Assembly: GCA_013265495.1 (NCBI GenBank)
Contig: MU058463.1
Location: 1,387,523 to 1,451,522 of the forward strand
Direction: 5' to 3'
Source: Vicugna vicugna
Taxonomy: Eukaryota
DNA: 64,000 bases
The notes under the pieces are model-generated. The model had not been told where the DNA came from, made no database searches, and saw only the letters and a list, made by a program, of their open reading frames with translations. Shown one piece after another: positions 11,926 to 26,504 of the stretch (position 1 is its first letter; the number at the start of each line of letters is the position of its first letter). The position numbers and the translations under genes are program-made.

Positions 11926-14900
11926 GGAGCTATTACCCTGCAGAAGACTTTAAGCTCAATGGATTAAGGAATGTTAACTCATCCCTGTAACTAACATATT
12001 GTTGATTTTGGACCTATATTTAATATAAACAAAACAGTAATACAACTATTAAAGTTTTAAAGCTATGCTATTAGCTTTATGTTTTATCTTCACAAGTGTA
12101 TTCACACCTGTGTCTTTCTTTTTCTGCCCTTTACAAGCAAATGTTCTTATCTCTAGTCCACAGATAAAGAAACTAAAGCACAAAGATTGAATGTCATGAG
12201 ATAGCTGCCAGCCCTTTTCAGAGTCAGAAATAAAATACAGCATAATTCCTTTCCAATCATCAGTGCTGTCTCGAAAGCCAGGTGACAGCAGAGCACCCTC
12301 TCGGCTGTTAGTCAAGTAGAAACATCTTAATGGTGTCTGGCTTTGGTTGTCTGAGGTGGCATGCCACCTGCTTCTGAGGTATGGTCCTGCTTCACACCTA
12401 ATTACAGAGAAAAAGAAATGCATCTGACACATCACTGAACTTTGCTCAGGCCTAGAGGACCTACCACAACTTCATCTGTAGCTCTTCTATAGGAAAGAGG
12501 TACATCTAAGTGCAGGTACAAATGGTCACAGAGGCTAGTGGAGCTTGATTCTTGCTCGTGGAAGACTTTTTGTCCTTGCAGCTCTTGGAGGTCTGTTGTC
12601 ATAGCTTTGCAGTGTTGGGAGGGAGAAATTGAGGTGCTTACATGTGATGTACATGGGAAATGCTCAGTAATTATAGGCTAGGTTCTAATCATTAGTCTTG
12701 TCTTAGCTATGCCTTAAAAGAAATCTGTGCATAAACAGTCATAAAACAAAGACTGAAGTCTTCAAGTGAGAGAGACAGAGATGAAAAAAGACACGAAAGA
12801 CATGAAAAAAGAGATTATGATACTTTGCAGAATATAACTACATATTATATAAAATTTGATTGAGAATTAATAAAGATCATTTTATATCTCTAAGACCAAT
12901 AATACTAACACATGGAAAAAATTATAGTCCATTTGTTGCCTTGGATGAGTCTCAAAGGAGAATATGTAAATGAACAGGAATTAACAAAATTTATGTCTTA
13001 TATAGACAGTTAATCAGGCTAATAAGCACACGGTTCCCATCCTTTGCAGGGCTGTCTCAGCGCTGCCTTGTCTATGAAGTCACCCAGAAACACTCTACCC
13101 AATATGCATATTGCTGTGTGAATTTATATTCTTAAAAAAAGCAGTTTGACATAGTGGCAAGACTGAAAATGAAGGAACTCGGTACCATTTGACTTAACTC
13201 TCGTGCTCATTTACTGAGCAATCTTAGGTAACTGTTTAATCCCCCTAAGTATCCTTTTTCATCATCTTTCTTTCACAAAATTTTTTGGAACTAGTAACCC
13301 CTCACATGGAGGTCAGTCCAATGATTAACTGCAGGTATTATTCTCGGCCTATTTGCTCTGCGTAAACCTCGACTCTTCAGTGAGACTGCAACTTTTCGTG
13401 TTTCGCAGAGTAGCTAGCATAGTATTAAACACATGGATGACTGACTTAAGAAATCTGCTTTTATGTTAACTTTAAATTCTATCTTTTTTATTATTTTTAA
13501 AATTTGTATCCTATCACTTGTTAAATTGATAATCCAATATGCAACAATAACTCTTCTGGTTAGATTTATACATACAGACAGACTTTTTGCATAAGTTGGA
13601 GTCACCCTTGAGTTTCACGAGTATCTTGTGACTTCAATGCTATATGTTAACTGCTCTTTTTAAAGCATAATACTATTTGGATTATTGACTGCATTATGCA
13701 CGCATATTATGATAAAATAAAGATATAAAAAGTTAATTATTTGCTGTTTAATTTCTATAATTCCAAGGAAAAATTTCTCTAAAGAATACTTTTCCTGTAA
13801 TTATAGCATGCAACAAAGTATAATGAGATTCTAAAACAAAAGGGATAACTGTATATTTATACCCTTGAGAAACTGTGAGGAATATGTTAAATACAAAAAT
13901 CCTAATTTCAGGCTGAAAAGGTCTTTTCAGTACACTCTATCACAGGAGAAGTTTTCTGCTTAAAAAATCCTTAACAAGAGGCCTCTGAAGACACTGGATA
14001 TTGCTTAAGTGAGAAATAAAATGGCAGATGGAACACAAAATTTGGAAAGAAGGGTCAGATACTCTGCACTCGATTTCAAAAAGGTTGTAAAATATACAGA
14101 TAGATTCTATAAAAAAAGAACAGAGCCTAAAAAAGCACATGATATATGACAAGATAGGTTGAAAGCTCTTCTTGTTGAAGTATTTATTTTGGTTGGGTTA
14201 TGGGATAGATGATAACAATCTTTTAAATTTAGAGGAACAGTATATTGTCATTTGTACACTAAGTTATTTCTTCCCAATCCAATAAATGAAACTGAGCCTG
14301 CTATATTAGAGTGAAGAAATGGAGCATCAAATCAAATGATGGACATAGTAATTATGTCTGTGTCATGGCTCTAAAAGGCACAGTGAAAAATTGCAAGTAG
14401 TTACGGAGATTCTGCATAAGCCCAAGTATCGTGAAGGATTTTAAAAAAAAAGAGGGGGAGGGAGTGATTAGCTACCCTTTTTTCTCCCCACAGGAACATT
14501 TAATTTACATTTTACAGGGATGTAGTTTATAAACACAATCGAAATAATAAAGTTAATAATAAAAATCATGCTTTCCAATAAGTTTCACTAAAATAGATTT
14601 TTAGGAAATTGATGCGTTTAATAAATCTTAATAAAAATGTATAAAATAGATTCACTTCAAATTAAAAACAGTTTATCTTCTGCTATAATCTTAATGTAAT
14701 TTTAAAGCCTAGAAAAAGTATTTATATGTAAACACGTAATTTATGATCAATACATGAGGAATATAAAAAGTCTGAAGCATAATAAAAACTGCACAGTAGA
14801 TTTATATGTTCATTTTTGTGGTTTATGGATAGTTTATTATCTACTTTTTACTAACCTCAAAAGAAAACAGTTTCTTTAAGGAACATCGACTTTTTATATT

Positions 14901-15899
14901 AAATCAGAACAATAAATAACTCAGGGAGATAAAGATAACTTCATTAATGACGAAAGGAAGCTGGCTCGGATATAAGTAATTTCCTACTCTTATCTCTTGT
15001 TTTTAGTCTCAACTTCAAAGGAGTAATGAAAATCAGCTTTTCCTTCTCCCGTTCCTCTCCACGCTCTTTGTAAATGTCCTGGGGAAGTTTTAGGTGCTAT
15101 GTAACGCTAAGATGACATTTGGGAAAGAAATATATTACTATGTTTTTAAACAGCATCTACATCCCCTATGTCCTATCAGCAGTGCTAAATACTTACTGGG
15201 AAAAGAAAGCCATGACCTGAATCACTATCCAGCAATTAAAAAATAAGAATACAGGTTTGTGATCTTCTGTTGCTGTGATACATGCTTCAACCATAAGAAT
15301 TAAGGGCACAAATACCTAGGGCTCCATTTAATTAACTGTTAAATATTATGTGTAAAATGAGGATTATTTCACAATGCTGAAGGTAAGAAGATTTGAATGT
15401 GCTTCAGGATACAACCTGGCAGCCAAACATGTAATAAAGTTAGGTGGGTTTTATTATTAACAGGAAAAATTTTGGCTGAGATGTAGTTAATGTAGAATGA
15501 ATTGTAAAGGTGAGTTCTATCAGAGGACTGAGCTTCCTGTTTTCCTCTTCTCCTTTCTCCTTCTTATTCTTTTTCAATTCCTCTCTTCAGTTTCGGAGAC
15601 GCTTTCCAACTCAAAAGACCTCGGAACCATCTGTGAGTTAAAAAACAGCAACCCCCATCCTTCCTCCAGATTCTAGTTCATGGTCCCATTTACTCTCATC
15701 ATAAACTCTTCCTTTTCTCTTGGCCACCATGCCTCCCCTGCTCACATCCTTCAGACCTGGCCTATTCAGATAGCCCTTCATACCCGGCGTGCCTTTTCCT
15801 CTGCTTGTCAATGCCCATCTCTATTCTTTAAGAGTCTTTTCAAACAGCACTTCCTCCATTAAATATCTCCAGGTTCTCTCATATAACATGGTTATTTCA

Positions 15900-16135
15900 G
15901 GAACAAGAAGATGGATGTCTTGACATTTAAGGTATTTAGGATGATGTTAAGGCTAGGCGGGAACCATGTCATAAACAATTTGGAGGGGTAAACCAACAGA
16001 TCTGAACTTTATCATGGAAGTCATGGAGTGCAGGAAGGACTTTAAGCAAGAACATATTATATTCTTATTTGCATTTTAGAAATATTCCTCTAAAAATAAA
16101 GGATAGATTGGGAGTGAGGAAGATTGGAGCCAGGG
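15900..16135 (-). mobile_element. L2 fragment
   Basis: gaactttatcatggaagtcatggagtgcaggaaggactttaagcaagaac...tttgcattttagaaatattcctct. Confidence 0.55.
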
Positions 16136-17201
16136 GGAACACTTTATCTCTTTCAATAATTGCATATGTACACAAAATAGACTATGGGCTGTTTTTAACA
16201 GTAGACTGTGTCTTATGTATAAGGATTTCATTATCAAGTGACACTGTCCAAAATTTACACTTGGAAGGATAACTAAACTTTAATGGTCTATGTAAATTTT
16301 ATGACATTTTAAAGTGGAGAGGAACCAAGATGTTGTGAATCTTTCAACAATTAATTCAATACCTTTCTTTCTTACACACACATCCTGTTATACTGAAATT
16401 GACAAAGGTGCATTTTTGTTAATCAAACTTTAAAAGGACAAATAAATGTATTAAGGGTCTATGTAACCATAATCATAATTGTTCATGGCCTGAGAGGCAA
16501 CACGTTCTAAGACTTTGAATAGAGAAAATTTTGTAACATTTCTTTGGTCCAAAGGTTATAGTTGGCATTGTCTCTAAGTTACTTGCCCCCAGTATTCTTC
16601 ATTATTACATTTCAGTTCTCAAAATCTTGGTCTTATTCATTTACAAGGAACAGGGCTCAATGCTTATTGCAAATAAATTTCACCTAAATTCTATAAAATG
16701 ATTCATGAAAAAGCCTAAGGGTGAAAAAAATAATAAGCAAAAGCATTGTACTAAGCAAATGGTAACAAAATAAAGGTTATTTAATAGGTGAAAATTCAGA
16801 TTCTTTTAAACTACCAAAAATAGCATAAAGAATTCAGTAAATGAGAGAAACACTGAGTGACAAGTATTAAAAGAATAAATTGTCTTTTATCTGAAGATCG
16901 TTGGATAATGACACCACACTCTTATACACACACACATAAATCTTATATGCCTGAGTATTTTGTGTGTATGTATTGGAAATTTTTCATATGTAACAACTGT
17001 GGAATCTGAAACACATATCTTAGCAAAGTCAACAGCAATTTTATATTCCATTTTTCAATAAACTTGGAGAAGTTTTAACAGATTTGATCTAGTCCAGTGA
17101 AATCTATTGGCAATACCTGTACCTACCTAGATGCATAGGAGTCTAGATAGATGAAGATCAGGTCCTGTAGTTGGTGCATGTCCACAGAAATGCCCACAAA
17201 C

Positions 17202-17457
17202 CTAGAACAGAGCAAAAGAAAGTGAGGCTTTTTAAATTAGACACATTCAGATTTCAATTCCAGTTTGACCACGTAGCATCGAGTGGCCTTGAGCAAGTGT
17301 CTCAGCCTTTCTTGAGCTCTGTTTTCCTATATGGAAATGGAGATAATAATGTTAATCTCAAAAAAAAAAACTATTGTAGAGGTAGAATGAGGGAACACGT
17401 GTATTACACTTAGCCCAGAGTCAAAAAGCAAGACATGTACAATTAAAAGTAGCTACC
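17202..17457 (+). mobile_element. MIR SINE (near full length)
   Basis: gtggccttgagcaagtgtctcagcctttcttgagctctgttttcctatatggaaatggagataataat is the MIR core. Confidence 0.8.
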
Positions 17458-19591
17458 GTGTAGTTGCAAACAGAATTGTCAAAAAGAGGATACACAAATG
17501 CCATTCAGGGCACAAAATAGTTAAAATGTGGTTCCTTCTGGAGGGAAGGGTATTAAAGACAGAAGAAAGATTTAGAAAAATTAACTAATAAGAGTGTCCT
17601 CAGTAGAATTTTAGTTTTAATTTAATTTTAATAGAATTTTAATATGCAAAATTTATGGAAAAAGGAATTTCAGCAGAGAGAACATAGGGAAAGATGCCAG
17701 AATATTTGAATGCTTCAATATGAGTAAGCGGTAGTGTTTGACTGATTGAGTGGGTCTGAGTGTAGGCCACACCAGGAAGAATAATTCAATTTTTGAAGAG
17801 CAACTGACATGTTTTGGACAAGTAAATATCATTACCTAATATTTTTTTCCTTTACCAAGACTATGTCTCCTCATTTTGATTTTAAAGCTGATGATTCTAT
17901 TAAGAACAGCTAACAACTCACTTTTGAAATATGTAAATTAAGAAATTATATATATTAACATTAAATCGTAGTTTTATACTGTAATATATTTAAAAAGTGC
18001 TTGGGAAAATTATGTTTGTACCCTTAGCAATGCTATTTTAACAATTTTGTCTCAAATATCCTGATAATGAGAACTAGCAGTTGTGGATAAAATATGTTTT
18101 TAAATGCTTTATAAAGAAAAATATTCCCTAATTTGAGGATGTGATTTTATCAGAGCCACCAAAATCTGTCTGAACTCATGATGACCCATTCTTCCTCTCT
18201 CCTTCTCAGAAAGCCCTCGTAGGTTCCTTTGAAGCAGATCAAATTTCCCCGCTACTGCATCACAAACACTGGCTGGTCTCCCATCCAGTAAACATTCAAC
18301 GGAAAGAAAACAGCTGGTGTATGAAAGAGAAGCTTACTCACACATTTCAACTTCCGATTAGATTCATCCTTAGATTATTCCAACCCACAGTGTTTCTAGC
18401 TTGAATATAAAACATATTGAGTGTTTCAGGAAGGAGTATTTGTTTCTGAATGCCAGACTCTGTGCTCAGCCTAGCAGAAAGGCCTCTCTTCTCACTGGGC
18501 TCCCACAGGCTTGTGGAATAAAAGTGAGTTGTGCATCATTGGTTTGCCGTGGGCTCCAAACCCATATCCAACTGCCTGTGTCATGCACTTCATTCAACAG
18601 ATGGAAAATATTGTCTTGCAGCTAAGTGCCAGGGAGGGAGGCTCACTGGGAGAGGTGAAGAGGGGCCCATGGAGGCATCCAGGCCATATGCATTCCAGTT
18701 AGGGGTTAACGGTCAAGGAAGACTGAGTTCAGTTAGGCAAGACAGAGAGAAATGGCCAAGCTGCTTTTGTGATTGATGGTCAGTGGAATGCAAAGGAAGA
18801 AGAGAAAGTAAGCACAAAAAGACACTTGAGTGCGGGACACAAGCATGGGGAATGACTGTTACAGCTACCCCTGATGATGATTTATGGTGTGGCTCCGAGG
18901 CAAATCCACTCATTTTGAGTTGCTAATGGTACGCAAACTGTGGGAAAATGTGCAAAAATAAGAGCTCAACACAGCCACTAAAGTTCTCTTAAAGTCTTAC
19001 TTCTTCTTTTAGTATTTTATGTCCTCACTCAGTATCTAAAGTCATCCATCCAGATACAATTGCATAATACCTGAGTGGAACAGCAGTGAATCATATTCCC
19101 AGCATCATTTCTCCACTTCTCTCTAGCTTCAAAGTTTAGTAGACTTGTATATCTCTGTCTTCCCAAGCTACACTTTAATGTGGCTGCTTTCATGTTTTCT
19201 GACTTTACTTTCTCCCTTAGTATGGCATTTCAGTCCTCCTCAAAGCAATAATGACAGTGCAGTCCTAATGAGACAATTTGTTTGCTATCATACAAATCCA
19301 GATGATGGTGTTCAATAAACATACTCCACTCCATTGAGGAAAAAACCACTGGCTCTACCCAGGGAGGAAAAACTATCATAATTTACACAGTGTATGAAGA
19401 TGTGTTCCTACTCATGAATGGCCTTCACAGTGAGACATATGTAGACCAGTTTCAGGGCAACGTACAAGACAGGTAGCATCAAATTCAGGTGGTCACCTAA
19501 AATTCCTGAGCAGCCTAGCAACTCCCAGGAAGACATATATGTTTTCTTTTGGTAGAATGTCTTTGTCCCACTGAATGCCTTTTGTAACAAG

Positions 19592-19856
19592 GTAGAAGGT
19601 AGATGAATGATAAATAGATGATAGATAGATGATAGATAATATGATGGATAGATTATAGACGATAGATGATAGATTGGTTCATAATAAATAGATAATAGAT
19701 ATAATGATAGATGATGGATAATAGATGGCAGATAGAAGGTAGATAATAGATAAATGATAGATATATGATAGATAGACAGGTAGATAGATGATAGAATATA
19801 AGTAATAGATAGGTGATAGGTAATAGATGATAGATAGAGAGAGAGATAGACAGACA
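19592..19856. repeat. Degenerate (GATA)n/(GAT)n tetranucleotide array
   Basis: Directly visible ~265-bp interrupted GATA tract; explains ORFs 19408-19932 and 19653-19880. Confidence 0.95.
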
Positions 19857-21583
19857 AACGACAGAATATCCTTCCTTCATAATACTGGAAGTTGCCAGTT
19901 AGTATGTGCTGACTATGTATCAGATACTCCACATCTGTATTTACCTCTCTTGATCCCTATTTAACCCTACAAAGTGGGCTCCTTTCCTGGCTGCATGTTG
20001 TTTCATGTGGAAATGGAGTCACAGTTTCAAAGTCGCACAGTCACAACATGGCAGAGCTGGTGGACCCATTCAAGCACAGGCCGAAAGCCCACATTCTTAA
20101 CAGCTCTGCCAGGCAGCTTCTATCGGCTGAAAAGACTCAAAGTATGAATCTAAATCCAAAGAGCTTTACTCCTCTCTGACCTATCATTGCCTCCCTGCAG
20201 TGCTCAGGAGCTCGACAGACTGACGTGACTTACAGACTTACATGACTGAGCTGGGGCGCTGAGACCAAGACGGAATAGAATAGACCTCAGTTAGACTTGT
20301 TCAGCCAAGCTCTCTGGTTAAATATGTAAATGTTTTCTCTGTATTGTCTCTGTTACCTCCACTCATTGGGTACACACACATGCAAACACACACACATAAT
20401 AAATGTATGTATTGTGTGTATACATATTATATATATAATATAATTAGGCTAAAAATAAAAATCAATTTGAAAAATCTAAAAACAGATGTCACATCTATGT
20501 TTCCAAGAGGTTGTTAAATAACAAACTGCAATGTATTATTAACATGTTTTTACACTGACCACATCCCTTTACTTGTCTGCTACTAATCCTTTCCTGTTTC
20601 TTTTTTAAGACTGAAAACCCTGTGTGTGGTATTTGTGTGTGCATAAATAGAAATCTTAAAAAAGTCAGCAAATCACTATTCGGTGCATGAATAATTACTA
20701 AAATGATTAGGGAAATGAAAGCTAATAACTGGAACTTTGCATCTACCATGAGATATGGTGAGGATTAGAATTAGAGTTAATTACTATCAGTTAGAAAATA
20801 ATGGGCATTTCCTCTTATCTCTTGATCTAAAAAAATCAACAAAGAAATAGCCTCAAAGAAAACTACATATTCAGAGGGAGATTGAAGGATAGAACTCTGC
20901 ACTAGCAAACCAACAGCCATACCCACTGCAATGTTTTGATGTGATGCTAAGGGCTGAGTGGTTGGTTTACATCCTGTATCCCTTGGTCCTCATCTTCTTC
21001 CTGCAGATCTCTTTTTCTAGAACAGCATTAATAAGTCTTGGTATAGAAAGTCTGATATTGACAGCAGACTCAATTCATTTCACCTCTGCTAAAGTGAATA
21101 TGGAAGGATTTGGTACCATTTCTCTAAGAGTTTTCCAAATTATATGTTAAAACTAGGGTAAACTAGAATTACTGTAAAGAGATATAAAATCTGTATAACA
21201 AAAGCATTGCCTCCTGAAAAAAACAACAGACAATAACCAATATGAAATGAAGGCATTAGAGGCACAGGTAGCTCTTAATATTTCTGATGGAGAAGAAGTC
21301 ACATGTAGTAAAACCCTGGAAACAGTAATTAATCTGTAAACATACAGGCAGACAATCATTCTTTAATTTAGAAAATGAATGACTTGAGTTTTCAGTCTTA
21401 GTCTTCCCATCATAAACAAAATCAACATTATCACAGATGTCAAAAACAATAACAATGATATTGATAGTAAATTCAGCAGGACTTAGGAAAATGAATTAAT
21501 AAAAACTCTTTTAAAATAGTTTTTAGGTCTTGCTAGCGTCACTACTACAGCAAACAATGCTGTTTATGGCACGTTGTCTAGAT

Positions 21584-22053
21584 CAGTGGATTCTAAGTGT
21601 GATCTCGGGACCATCAGCACCCACATCCCTTGGGCATCTGTTAGAAATGCCAGTTCTTGGCTCCACTACTGAATAGAAACTTTTGTGGAATCTAAAAAGC
21701 AAAGCAAATGAGCAAACACACCAAAATAGAAAACACATTCATAGATACAGAGAACATAAAGGTGATTGCCAGAGTCGGTGTGTGGAGAGGTGAGAAGAAA
21801 AAAGAAAGGTAACTATATGAGGAAATGAATGCTAATTAGCTTGATTGTAGTGACCATTTCACAAAGTACATTGATAGGAAACCATCCTGTTGTACACCTT
21901 ACATATCTACAAGTTTTGTCAATTATACCTCAGTAAAGCTGAAAAATGAAAAAAAAAATTAAAACAATTTTTTTAATTCTAGGTTAGGGCCCAGCAATCT
22001 GTGCTTTAACAATCCCTCCAGGTGATTCTGACTCAGAGTAATTTAAGCCACTG
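21584..22053. mobile_element. MER5A (hAT-Charlie MITE), interrupted by an L1 insertion
   Basis: Termini CAGTGG (21584) and CCACTG (22053); halves ...tgttagaaatgccagttcttggctcc...actgaatagaaact and gggcccagcaatctgtgctttaacaatccctccaggtgattctga; degenerate 8-bp TSD gtctagat/ggttacat. Confidence 0.85.
21684..21965 (+). mobile_element. L1 (L1MA/MB-like) 3' end nested in MER5A
   Basis: tgtggaatctaaaaag...catagatacagagaac...gtcaattatacctcagtaaagctg followed by an A tail. Confidence 0.85.
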
Positions 22054-23534
22054 GGTTACATAAAGCCACAAAGGAAGTTAAATTATTATTTTCAAACTGT
22101 AAAAGAACACCAAGAAAGGGAGAGGCATATTACGACACAAACTAACTTTGTGAGCATATTTTCCCAAAAGTTCAAATAAGAATAGAGATACTGTGTTAAA
22201 TAATAGTACTGCCTTAATTTCAGAGCATTTTACAATATGTATAAAGCACTTTTCCACATAGTACCATACATTACTGTCCTGATTACACCCATGGATTATT
22301 TGTTAAAACATATCTTTAAAACCAGTCAATCTTCTAGAGTTCCTGAACAATAAAAAATGCTGAATATCAGCAAAATAATTTACACAGATTAGTGATACTG
22401 ATAGCAAGTTCAGCAGGATTCGATTCAGGAAAATTAATAAAAATTCTTTTAAAGTATTTTTGGATTTTCCAACTGTTCCCATTAAAGAAAACAACTGCAT
22501 CCGAGAAAAAATATGGCAAAATATGAAAAAATGTTGAAAATGGAATGCTGCAGTTCAGAGAAGGACAGGTCTGGGTATAACTGTTGCTCTTTTTCCTTTT
22601 TCCTTTTTTCTTTTTCTAGTCTTCATATTGGGTGACCTGCAATTACACTCAGGGATATTGTCCAGAGTGTAATTTTTCAACAACGGGAAAAAATTATTGT
22701 AACCATATTACTAATCCTCATGACCTACATCCTTCACAAGGAGAATTCTGAATGAAGCCTTAATGCTTATGAATACTTTTAGCCCCATGGCCTGTTCGTT
22801 ATCCCTAGGAGGCGGGTATTTAATCTGTCAAACATTTGTAAAACACCAAAAGCAGTATGGCCTTTGACCTGGGTCACTAAAATTGCACCCCATTCTAGTG
22901 ACTTTTTTGATTTCACCCAGCAGGTCCCATGCATTTGTAGCATGCCTTACGAAGCATTCAGGCAGAGTATGATCTTTGACTTCTGGCCACCTGTGTCCCA
23001 TACTTTTTGTGTGAAAGAAATAAATGACAGGCTTGGAGATTAAGTCCAGCTCTCCCTTTTTATTCAGGTGTATTGCCAGCTGAGTTGAATGACCCACGGG
23101 TGCTTTAATTTATAAATTTTTTTTACTGTTATAACTTGTAGCAATGCATGTGTTACTGACAAATCATCTTAACATTCTGTGCCACAATCGGGTTCTTTTC
23201 TTTGGTAAGCAGGTATTTCAATCCAATAAAAAAAAAATCTAACATATTACACGCACACGTATATATACATCATTAATTACTGCATGTGTTTTCTATATTA
23301 ATGTCATCATCAGTGTTTTTAAATCCAGGATCTTTGACATTTTGGAATACTTTCCATGGGTTTACAAGAGCATTGTTCTATATTACTATTCCAGAACCCA
23401 TCCTGGGGATAACAGTTGGATATTCTATTGTGAGCAAGTTTCATTTTATCAGTTTTAAAACATTCTATGAGAATCTACAACAAAAGGAACTCACTTAATA
23501 AAGCATAAAATCTGTTTCTCTTCAAGAGCTCATT

Positions 23535-24110
23535 CTTTAATTCACTCAGTCAAGGGATAATTATTGAATCTCCAGAATGTACCAAGAACTATTCCAGGCA
23601 TTGTGGAAAATATGAAGATGAGTTTCTTCCCTTTAAGAGTCTGATAAAGGGGCTAAAACAGATGTACTAGTAACTACAGCATAGAGTCGGGTTGCCCATG
23701 TCCCAGACCAGAGGTGTGGGCAATTGTTGGTCTAAGAAAGATGGGGAGGCCCTTCATGGAAGAGATAACTTTTATCCTAAGACTTGGATGATATGTAAGA
23801 TTTCAAAAAATATAAACAGAGAGAGAGAAAATAACCTGAGTGGAAGTGAATAGCGTGAACCATTAAACAGAGAAAAAAAAGAACTGTTAAGCAAATGTCA
23901 AGTGGTCCAAACAGAGTTGATAACAAAGCAGTAGAAGAAAAGTTGTGAGACTTCAGTAGAAAAACATGGAAGGAATTGGATTGAGAATACTGAAAGCCAT
24001 GCTAAGGAATTTCAACTTTATAGGAATATGGAGTTGAGAGTCATCAAATTTTTTTAAATCAAGAGAATACATTTTAACTAGAGGTCTTCAAAATAAGATT
24101 GTGCCAGTAG
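23535..24110 (-). mobile_element. L2 fragments
   Basis: ttcactcagtcaag...tattgaatctccagaatgtaccaagaactattccaggcattgtgg; gaaagccatgctaaggaatttcaacttta. Confidence 0.55.
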
Positions 24111-24169
24111 AGAAGATCACCATTGTCAGAGTCATGGCGAGCTGCTTTCTATTTCCAAACCTTAAACTT

Positions 24170-24340
24170 GGTAGTGATATTAGTAAATATGTTTCTTCTT
24201 CTTCTTGTGCCTCAATTTTCTCACATGAAAAAATTAGGAATGATTACTTTTCCCTGTGAGAATTTATTCAGGTAATACATGCAAATGCATCCTAACAGAG
24301 TATCTGGACTCATAGTAGGTGAACAAAAACATTGCCTTTC
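24170..24340 (+). mobile_element. MIR fragment
   Basis: tgtgcctcaattttctcacatgaaaaaattaggaatgat...gtatctggactcatagtagg. Confidence 0.65.
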
Positions 24341-25704
24341 TTTATTTTTCTTCAGAGTTTTAATGAATGGAGAGCTAAAGACTGGGATTAGAAGAATAAA
24401 ATACAAATGTGAACTGAGATGATAACAGAATATTAATATCTTATTTTTAATATAGGTTTGTATAAAGTGTGTGTCTTCAATATAGACTAACCTATGTGTT
24501 TATAATATATAGATGCAGTAGAATATTTAGCTAGCCAAATTTACCTTACCTCATTTCAACAGCATGGATAAAAATTGAAAATTACAGTTTACTTTCAAAT
24601 CATAAACCTTAAGCACATAGATAACATGCTCCAATATTTGTTTACATAAGTTGAATGAATCTATTTATTAAATGCTTGGCATTGTGTCTTAATTTTCATT
24701 AGATAACAACCATTCTACTTTGGCAGAATTCTGAACAGTTTTAACCCTTTAAAAAAAAGATCCCCCCTCACACACGTACATATACGCAAGACAGTATTTG
24801 ACATAATATTTACATGCACAACATATAAAATAGTATAAGCAAGTAAATCAACTTGTTAATTTGTTGTTAAATGTTAACAACACAATTCCTAACTCAGATC
24901 CAAGCAGTTTGGAAAATGTACATAATTTTTTTCTACTTCTCAATTCAAAGAATGCATTAAAAAAATCAAAATAGGTCACAGCTAATGACTAAATGTCTCC
25001 TGTCACAATATCTGATTTAGCATTCCATTTATAGCATCCTCCACCAAAAATCCTCTTTAGTGAATTGCACTGCCTTTTTGAAGATTAAGTCATCAATAAT
25101 GTGACTTCAGATTCTACCAATATGACTGTGTTTGCAGAGGCCACCAATTCTGTCAGAAGATGTCATCTGGAGGTTGTTACAGGAGGGACAAGTGGTTAAA
25201 ACAAATGTAATTAAAAACAAATGTAAATAAATAAGATTAATAATATCCAAAACACGTATGTCCTGAACATTGCCAAATCTCACGCTCAAATTTTGCCCTC
25301 TAAAACCTCTCCCTGACCCTTAATCCTCTCCACAGATCTTTTCTAGGGAAAGTCCAAGACTGTAAAATGAAGCTGGTGAGGGTCTGAGACTAGAAGCCTG
25401 ACTGACTGAAGATCACGGAGCAGAGGGTGGCAAGGGCAGGGAATAAGGGACACAGCTGAGGGACTGCAGGGCTGCTGAGAATCTCTGCACACAGGTGATG
25501 CCCCTCCTATCTGGAGAAGCATGACCTCCCCTGGGCCCTCAAAGTAATGGCTGGCCCTCACATGTGAGTTCTGTGTGTGCACATTCCTGCATCCTACAGT
25601 CTCAGGAGTGCCTGGTGTGTCTCTCCTTGTCCTAAACAAGAGTCATTTCCAGACTTCAGGATTTGAGTTTGGGATTATTCCTGTATTGCAAAAATTTTAC
25701 CCAC

Positions 25705-26078
25705 TTTATTGAGGTATAACTGACATAGGAAAAGTTGCACATATTTATTGCATATAACTTGATGGGTTTGGAGATTAGTATACACCTCTGAAACCATCAC
25801 CACATTCTATGCTGCAAACATATCCATTTCCTCCAAAAGCTTCCTCCTGCCATCCTTATTTATTGTCACCATTTGGGGCATGTGATAAGAATACTTAATG
25901 TAAGATTTACTTTCCTAGCAAATTTTACGGTCTATGGTACTCTGTTGTTTCCTGTAGTCACCATGCTCTCCAGAAGATCTCATGTTGTATAACTGCAGCT
26001 TTGTCCCCTTTGACTGCTCCCTCCCTTATCCCCCTCCCCCAAGGCCCTGGCAACCACCATTCCACTCTCTGCCTCCAT
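25705..26078 (-). mobile_element. L1MB-like 3' end
   Basis: tttattgaggtataactgacatag...gaaaccatcaccac...ccctggcaaccaccattccactctctg. Confidence 0.85.
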
Positions 26079-26504
26079 CACGTTCCCTAAACGTGGATTA
26101 TTTCTATAAATGTGGTGGTTCTTGCACTCACATCTGCTGAAGCCTGGGATGGATTTTTTGCCCAGAAAAGCCATATTATTCATTTCTGACTGGCCAACCT
26201 GCCCTTGCAAACCTGCAATATTTCTTTTACTCAAAGAAAATAGGTCATGCAGCAACTTTAACCAGGAAAAGTTTATACAGCTTAAGTTCTGCATCTAAAT
26301 ATATTCTAGAAACATATAAGCCAAATAATTATGTAAATATATTGCTGTATCTTACTGAAAATAAATGGACAGAGGAAGACAAGAAGGGAGGAGGTATATC
26401 CAGTCTTGAGTTTCCTTCTTCCTTCACCACCTGCCTCCCCACCCTTCATACCTCTTCTTTCTTTGTTCTCCTTCTCTTCTAATAATTCAGGGGTGGGGAT
26501 TGCT

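Noticed and set aside
12354..12369. Perfect 16-bp palindrome AGGTGGCATGCCACCT
   Set aside because: About one such palindrome is expected by chance in 64 kb (64000/4^8); no supporting context.
19408..19932. 174-aa minus-strand ORF
   Set aside because: Generated by the GATA microsatellite; low complexity.
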